This document shows, piece by piece, positions 59,918 to 64,000 of a stretch of DNA of 64,000 nucleotides. The notes beneath the pieces were generated by a model that made no database searches, was not told the origin of the DNA, and saw nothing but the letters and a program-made list of their open reading frames with translations. The position numbers and the translations under genes were made by a program. Each line of letters begins with the position of its first letter. Position 1 is the stretch's first letter. This DNA is from Myxococcaceae bacterium (GTDB taxonomy: Bacteria; Myxococcota; UBA727; JABDBI01), in the NCBI GenBank assembly GCA_016000045.1, contig JAECQY010000003.1, positions 91 to 64,090 on the forward strand, in the 5' to 3' direction.

Positions 59918-60181
59918 TCACTCTACCTTAAAAATATCGTATTTCGCAGTTTTTAAAATCTCTTCTTTTATGTCTTCCGGTTCTTCCCTGGGTCGATCTC
60001 GCAAAAAATCAAACTGTGCCCTTGGTAAAACAAAATTCACATTGGAGCGATCAACATCTCCATGAATTTGCACCTCTCCCAACTCAATCACACGCGTCGA
60101 ATTTTCTTGAGGGCGAGAGGGTTGAACCCCATACACCCAAGCTCCAGGCACAAGCAAAGCTATTCCGAACAGACTCTTCAT
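59918..60181 (-). CDS. small hypothetical periplasmic protein
   Basis: Signal peptide MKSLFGIALLVPGAWVYG. 87 aa; tightly placed between the TolQ gene and the TPR gene. Confidence 0.4.
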   Translation of the reverse strand: MKSLFGIALLVPGAWVYGVQPSRPQENSTRVIELGEVQIHGDVDRSNVNFVLPRAQFDFLRDRPREEPEDIKEEILKTAKYDIFKVE

Positions 60182-63100
60182 GCTCTTTGTTTCCTCAACA
60201 ACAATCGTTGTTTCGCAACTTTTAGGTACTGGGAAACTCGTAAAAACAATGCCTTATCCAAATTCTTCGATGCCTGAAATTTCTCAAGAGCCTCAACCGC
60301 CCCAACATCGTCTTTCTGAGCCATGTACACCATGGCTAAACTCAGCCAACCATAAAAATAATCGGGCTCTGATTTAACGACAAAAAAGTAAGATTTCAAG
60401 GCATTGGGGTAATCTTTGGCCAAGAAATAGGCATTTCCGAGCAAAAGTGAAGCCGTGATCGAATTTGGAAGCTTGCTTTTTGCTTTCTGCAAATACTCCA
60501 CGGCTTTTGAGATTTCACCTCGATCTAAAGAGATTTCTCCGAGTGCAATCAAGGCTTGGGGCACATCGATCGACTGGTAGAGTTCCTCTGCTTTTTTCCC
60601 AATTTTTTGTGCTTGATAACTGTAGGCAAGCCAAAGTTTGACCTGAACAGAAGCTTCTTGACCCTCCAACTCTTCCAAGATGAGTTGAGCCGCTCGATAG
60701 CGCTTTTCAGCCATATAGCCTTGAGCCATCTGCAAAGCATTCGTTTTATTTCCAGAAGCTTGCAGGTTGCTTTCTTCCGCCACGATAGAGGCGATGGGGA
60801 GCTCTTCAAAAGCCTCGTAATCGCTGGGCTTAATTTGATTCAAAGCCTGTTTGGCTCGCGAAAGCCAAGCGATTCCACCCGAAACGCCAGGGCTGCGATC
60901 GATCACCCGATGAAAGGCATCGATCGCCTTTCGTTCTAAGACCATAGCCTTCTCTTCCAGAATGCTCGCGTACTCGTCACACGCCTCTTCCTGAAGCTTT
61001 TGCACATCGCTCGGACAAGGAGCTTTCAAGAGAACCTCAAATAAATTCTGATAGAGTCTTCCAATTTCAAAAAGAGAGGCCAGACTCCATTCTGAGAGAT
61101 CGTAGCGTTTCACGATTCGTTCATAACGCTTTTGCAAATCCGCCAATCGATTGGTTTTTCGAATGAGCTCATTCGATTGCCCTTGGCTCGTTGTCGCTTC
61201 TATCTTAAGAGCAAAATACGCGTTCAGTTCGGGCACTAAGAGCGCAAAGTCCGCTTCGGGTGACTCGTTTCGAAAGCGCTTGTAGAACACCCCTCGCAAA
61301 GCGGTGGCTTCCTTTCCTTGACGAGCTTCTTCATAGTCTTGTATCGCTCTTTGGTAAGCCAACGGAGTCTCGGGATTTTGGGGGTATTCCTTCGTGAATT
61401 GTTCAAAGGTTTGGGCTGCTAAAAGCCAATTGCCCGCTGCTTCAAAATGAATGGCCGCTTGCAATAAAGCAGAAGGCTCCTGTTTGATTTTCAGGTAAAT
61501 GCGGGCGGATTCAGCGAACAGTTGTTTTTGCTGAAAAAAGACAGCTCGATCCACGAGCACGTTGCGAGCGAATGGGCCTTTGGGATAGAGACGAATCAAT
61601 TCTTCAAATCGCTGTTCGGCTTCTGCGTATAATTCAGCCTGATCCAAGGCTTTCGCAGCATTATAAAGCGACTTTTCACGGACTTCTTCCGAAGGTCTAT
61701 TGTTAAGAACCCAATCGTAAACCGCAGCGGCGGCTTGATAATCCTCATGGGATTTGGCTTCTGCAAATAAGGCATTGGCTTCTTTGAAACGTGCATTTCG
61801 CTTGATTTCAGAGAATTCAGGTCCTAAAAATTCATACTGCAGCGCTGTTTGAGCAACCTCAGCCCATTTTTGCTTTTGAACGAGTGTTCCCACCAACAAA
61901 TTAGCCGAGACTCTTGCCGCGGGAGCTTCAGGATATTCCTGGATCAACGCCCTGAAATCTTTTTGAGCCTCAGCTTCTGCACCGTAAGAGTATTCAATCG
62001 AAGCAACTTGAAACAAGAATGCCGGATAAGCTGGAACTTGGGGGAAGTTGTTTTTCAAAGTTCGAACGGCTTCGATAAAATCCAGCATTGGGCTCGGCAT
62101 CGGTTGTTCAAAACGACCCAGATCGGAAAGCTGAAGTTTTGAAAAGTCAGCCTCTGGAAAGGTTTGCTTAATCCAAGAATCGTAAGCATAAACCACATCC
62201 AATGCCGCTTGCGATCGATAGGCCGTTGCTCCTTTCCAGTCGCGGATTTGAGCAAACGCCTGAGCAGCTTGGTGGTATTCTCCAGCCTTAAAAGAGCTCT
62301 CTCCGTAAAAATAAATTATTTCATCGAGCTGCTTATCAGTCGGAAAGTGAGAAACAAATTGAGCGAAATAGTAAGCAGATTCATGAAAAATTTTCGGATC
62401 GTTCTTTTTTTTAGCCTCATTAAAAAGTTGAATCGCAAGGCTTAAGAGAATCGGTTGGATGAAATCTTTTGACTGAGGGCGATCGATGTAGCGCGCGATG
62501 ATTTCTTTTCGCATCGATGGCTCAGGCGATAGAGCGATAATGCGCGCATCGACGGCTTCGTTGCTGGAATTTTCCGGATCCATTTGGATCGCCTGAGCCA
62601 ACACAGCGATGGCTGCTGGATTGCGTTTATTTTGAGTCAATAGCTTCCCAAGCATCAGCAAAACGGAGCGCGGAGCTTTATCTTGAAGCGCCTGTCTCAG
62701 AGGATCCTGTGAATCAAGCTCAAGAATGGCCCGAGCCCAGTATCGTTCAGACTCTTGTTGTAAAACATCTTGATCACCTTGAGCTGGAAAGTCGCTGAGC
62801 ATCTTTCGGAACCCATCAATTGCTTGCGAGTAGTTCTGCTGAGCAAATAGAATCCAAGCTACTTTGAATGTGGCTCGTCTTGCGTAAATTCCAGGGTAGG
62901 GCAGAGCGAGCTGGGTGTAGTATTTCAACGCTTCAGCATAATCTTCTTCTTCGAAATAAATCTCAGCCAATCGAAATTTCACTTCATCGGCATAGGCGCT
63001 GGTCGAAAATTTTCTCAGTAACAATTCAAAATTATCTTTTGATTTTTGGAGTTCGCCTTCGTACCTAAAGGATATTCCAAGCAAATAATGCGCCGAATCC

Positions 63101-64000
63101 AAGTGCTTTGAATCAATTCGATGTTTAATGAATAATTCAAGATATCGGATTGCCTCTTGAAGATCGTAATCATAATATAAATCTGCAATATTTAATGAAA
63201 AATCGGTCTTCTTAATTGCATCTGGATATTTTTGGATAAATTGACTAATTTGACGAATCAAACTCTTTGCATCGTCTTTTTGAAGTTTTTTCAATGGAAT
63301 CAGTTCACGATTATAGTAGTCTTCTACATGTTGGGTACGTTTAGCCAAAACAAGGTCTTTGGCAATTTTATAATCGCTTTCAAGCTCTCCCATCTGGGTC
63401 GAATCGGGTAGATTGAGTAGTTTACGCTTTTCGCCTAGCTTCACTTGTTCAATTTGTACGATTCGATTGTTTTGGCGATTGTACTCAGCCAAATGGATAT
63501 CGATCTCAGTCTGATGATTCGTCAGAAGCTGCTGCTCAATGCGGCTCAACCAAGTAGGGGCCTTATCTTGCAGAATTTCGTCAAATAACTGGGTGCAGGC
63601 ACTTTCTAAGTCGGCTAAATGGCTCTTTAAGACCATTAAGCCTGCTTTGGCTGTCACGAGTCTGGAACTTGCATTTTTAATTTCTTGCTGCGCAACTCGG
63701 GCTAATTTTTGGGTCAGAATGGAGTAGGTTGCTTGAAGCTGAGCCAATTGATTTAAGTCCGTTTCTTCAACATGAGATTCAAGCGTTATTTGAATCTTTT
63801 TAAGATCGGAAGGATTGTCTTTCAAAACAAGTGTTAATCCTGTTTTGGCTGCTTTTTTAGAATTCCATTCAAAGGTTTGAGTCAACCGATAAAGCAGACT
63901 TGAAGAAAGCTCTCCTGAATTGATTTGGTAGGATACGATGACTTTTAAGCGATGTGTTCCGATACCAATTTTTTGAAAGTTGTTCTGTTGAACCGGCACC
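60178..64000 (-). CDS. large TPR-repeat protein (>1270 aa; N-terminus beyond window end)
   Basis: Many TPR-like A/Y/L-rich 34-aa units (e.g. AEIYFEEEDYAEALKYYTQL). Open to the window edge (GTG at 63997-99). Position matches the TPR partners of gliding-type TolQR clusters. Confidence 0.7.
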   Translation of the reverse strand, partial: VPVQQNNFQKIGIGTHRLKVIVSYQINSGELSSSLLYRLTQTFEWNSKKAAKTGLTLVLKDNPSDLKKIQITLESHVEETDLNQLAQLQATYSILTQKLARVAQQEIKNASSRLVTAKAGLMVLKSHLADLESACTQLFDEILQDKAPTWLSRIEQQLLTNHQTEIDIHLAEYNRQNNRIVQIEQVKLGEKRKLLNLPDSTQMGELESDYKIAKDLVLAKRTQHVEDYYNRELIPLKKLQKDDAKSLIRQISQFIQKYPDAIKKTDFSLNIADLYYDYDLQEAIRYLELFIKHRIDSKHLDSAHYLLGISFRYEGELQKSKDNFELLLRKFSTSAYADEVKFRLAEIYFEEEDYAEALKYYTQLALPYPGIYARRATFKVAWILFAQQNYSQAIDGFRKMLSDFPAQGDQDVLQQESERYWARAILELDSQDPLRQALQDKAPRSVLLMLGKLLTQNKRNPAAIAVLAQAIQMDPENSSNEAVDARIIALSPEPSMRKEIIARYIDRPQSKDFIQPILLSLAIQLFNEAKKKNDPKIFHESAYYFAQFVSHFPTDKQLDEIIYFYGESSFKAGEYHQAAQAFAQIRDWKGATAYRSQAALDVVYAYDSWIKQTFPEADFSKLQLSDLGRFEQPMPSPMLDFIEAVRTLKNNFPQVPAYPAFLFQVASIEYSYGAEAEAQKDFRALIQEYPEAPAARVSANLLVGTLVQKQKWAEVAQTALQYEFLGPEFSEIKRNARFKEANALFAEAKSHEDYQAAAAVYDWVLNNRPSEEVREKSLYNAAKALDQAELYAEAEQRFEELIRLYPKGPFARNVLVDRAVFFQQKQLFAESARIYLKIKQEPSALLQAAIHFEAAGNWLLAAQTFEQFTKEYPQNPETPLAYQRAIQDYEEARQGKEATALRGVFYKRFRNESPEADFALLVPELNAYFALKIEATTSQGQSNELIRKTNRLADLQKRYERIVKRYDLSEWSLASLFEIGRLYQNLFEVLLKAPCPSDVQKLQEEACDEYASILEEKAMVLERKAIDAFHRVIDRSPGVSGGIAWLSRAKQALNQIKPSDYEAFEELPIASIVAEESNLQASGNKTNALQMAQGYMAEKRYRAAQLILEELEGQEASVQVKLWLAYSYQAQKIGKKAEELYQSIDVPQALIALGEISLDRGEISKAVEYLQKAKSKLPNSITASLLLGNAYFLAKDYPNALKSYFFVVKSEPDYFYGWLSLAMVYMAQKDDVGAVEALEKFQASKNLDKALFLRVSQYLKVAKQRLLLRKQRA

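Overview
This 64-kb window looks like a bacterial chromosome that is mostly housekeeping genes with a few accessory insertions. The gene families seen here give a deltaproteobacterial or Bdellovibrio-like impression, but that taxonomic call is only an impression. The families in question are Myxococcus-type Cys-rich repeats, an AgmX/TolQ/TolR/TPR gliding-type cluster, a type II glutamine synthetase, and a suf operon with an Rrf2 regulator. Coding density is high.

Housekeeping genes identified:
- truA, hpt, tdk, asnS
- infC-rpmI-rplT-pheS-pheT
- glnII (eukaryote-type glutamine synthetase), apbC/mrp
- A UDP-sugar dehydrogenase/4-epimerase pair
- cbiX-like, ampG, an RluA-family pseudouridine synthase, pyrG, rsmE
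- An M3 peptidase, cdnL, tatA, prmC, murA
- atpD-atpC, an IscA/ErpA gene, tRNA-fMet, tsaE, menB
- atpF'-atpF-atpH-atpA-atpG, a thioesterase, an atpZ-like gene
- Rrf2-sufBCDSUT, tRNA-Pro(CGG)
- A TolQ/TolR/TolR/AgmX-like/TPR gliding-type cluster

Non-core content:
- A paralogous family of secreted proteins with four members in the window. They share a roughly 140-aa N-terminal domain I do not recognise, a Ser/Thr-rich linker and C-terminal DUF1566 (Lcl-like) lectin-type modules. Two members contain near-perfect intragenic tandem duplications, of 120 bp and about 870 bp.
- An AAA-ATPase/PD-(D/E)XK (DUF1703-type) gene bracketed by about 65-bp direct repeats. The upstream repeat is a degraded copy of the gene's own 3' end.
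- A 3.5-kb accessory segment holding a DUF4143 AAA ATPase, a DDE-transposase remnant and a large CoiA-like nuclease-family protein. That protein carries a signal peptide, zinc ribbons and a C-terminal GARWD..KxWY module.
- A 5'-truncated family-A DNA polymerase (polymerase domain only, catalytic motifs intact) next to the gliding cluster.
- A six-gene operon of uncharacterised envelope proteins.
- A conserved 40-bp intergenic element with an 11-bp palindrome, present at two loci.
- A split and rearranged ATP synthase locus with a transposase-like remnant at the break.

No CRISPR array, rRNA or intact mobile element was seen. All coordinates were hand-counted from the ORF track and sequence. 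Start codons are approximate, and several are GTG/TTG/ATT.
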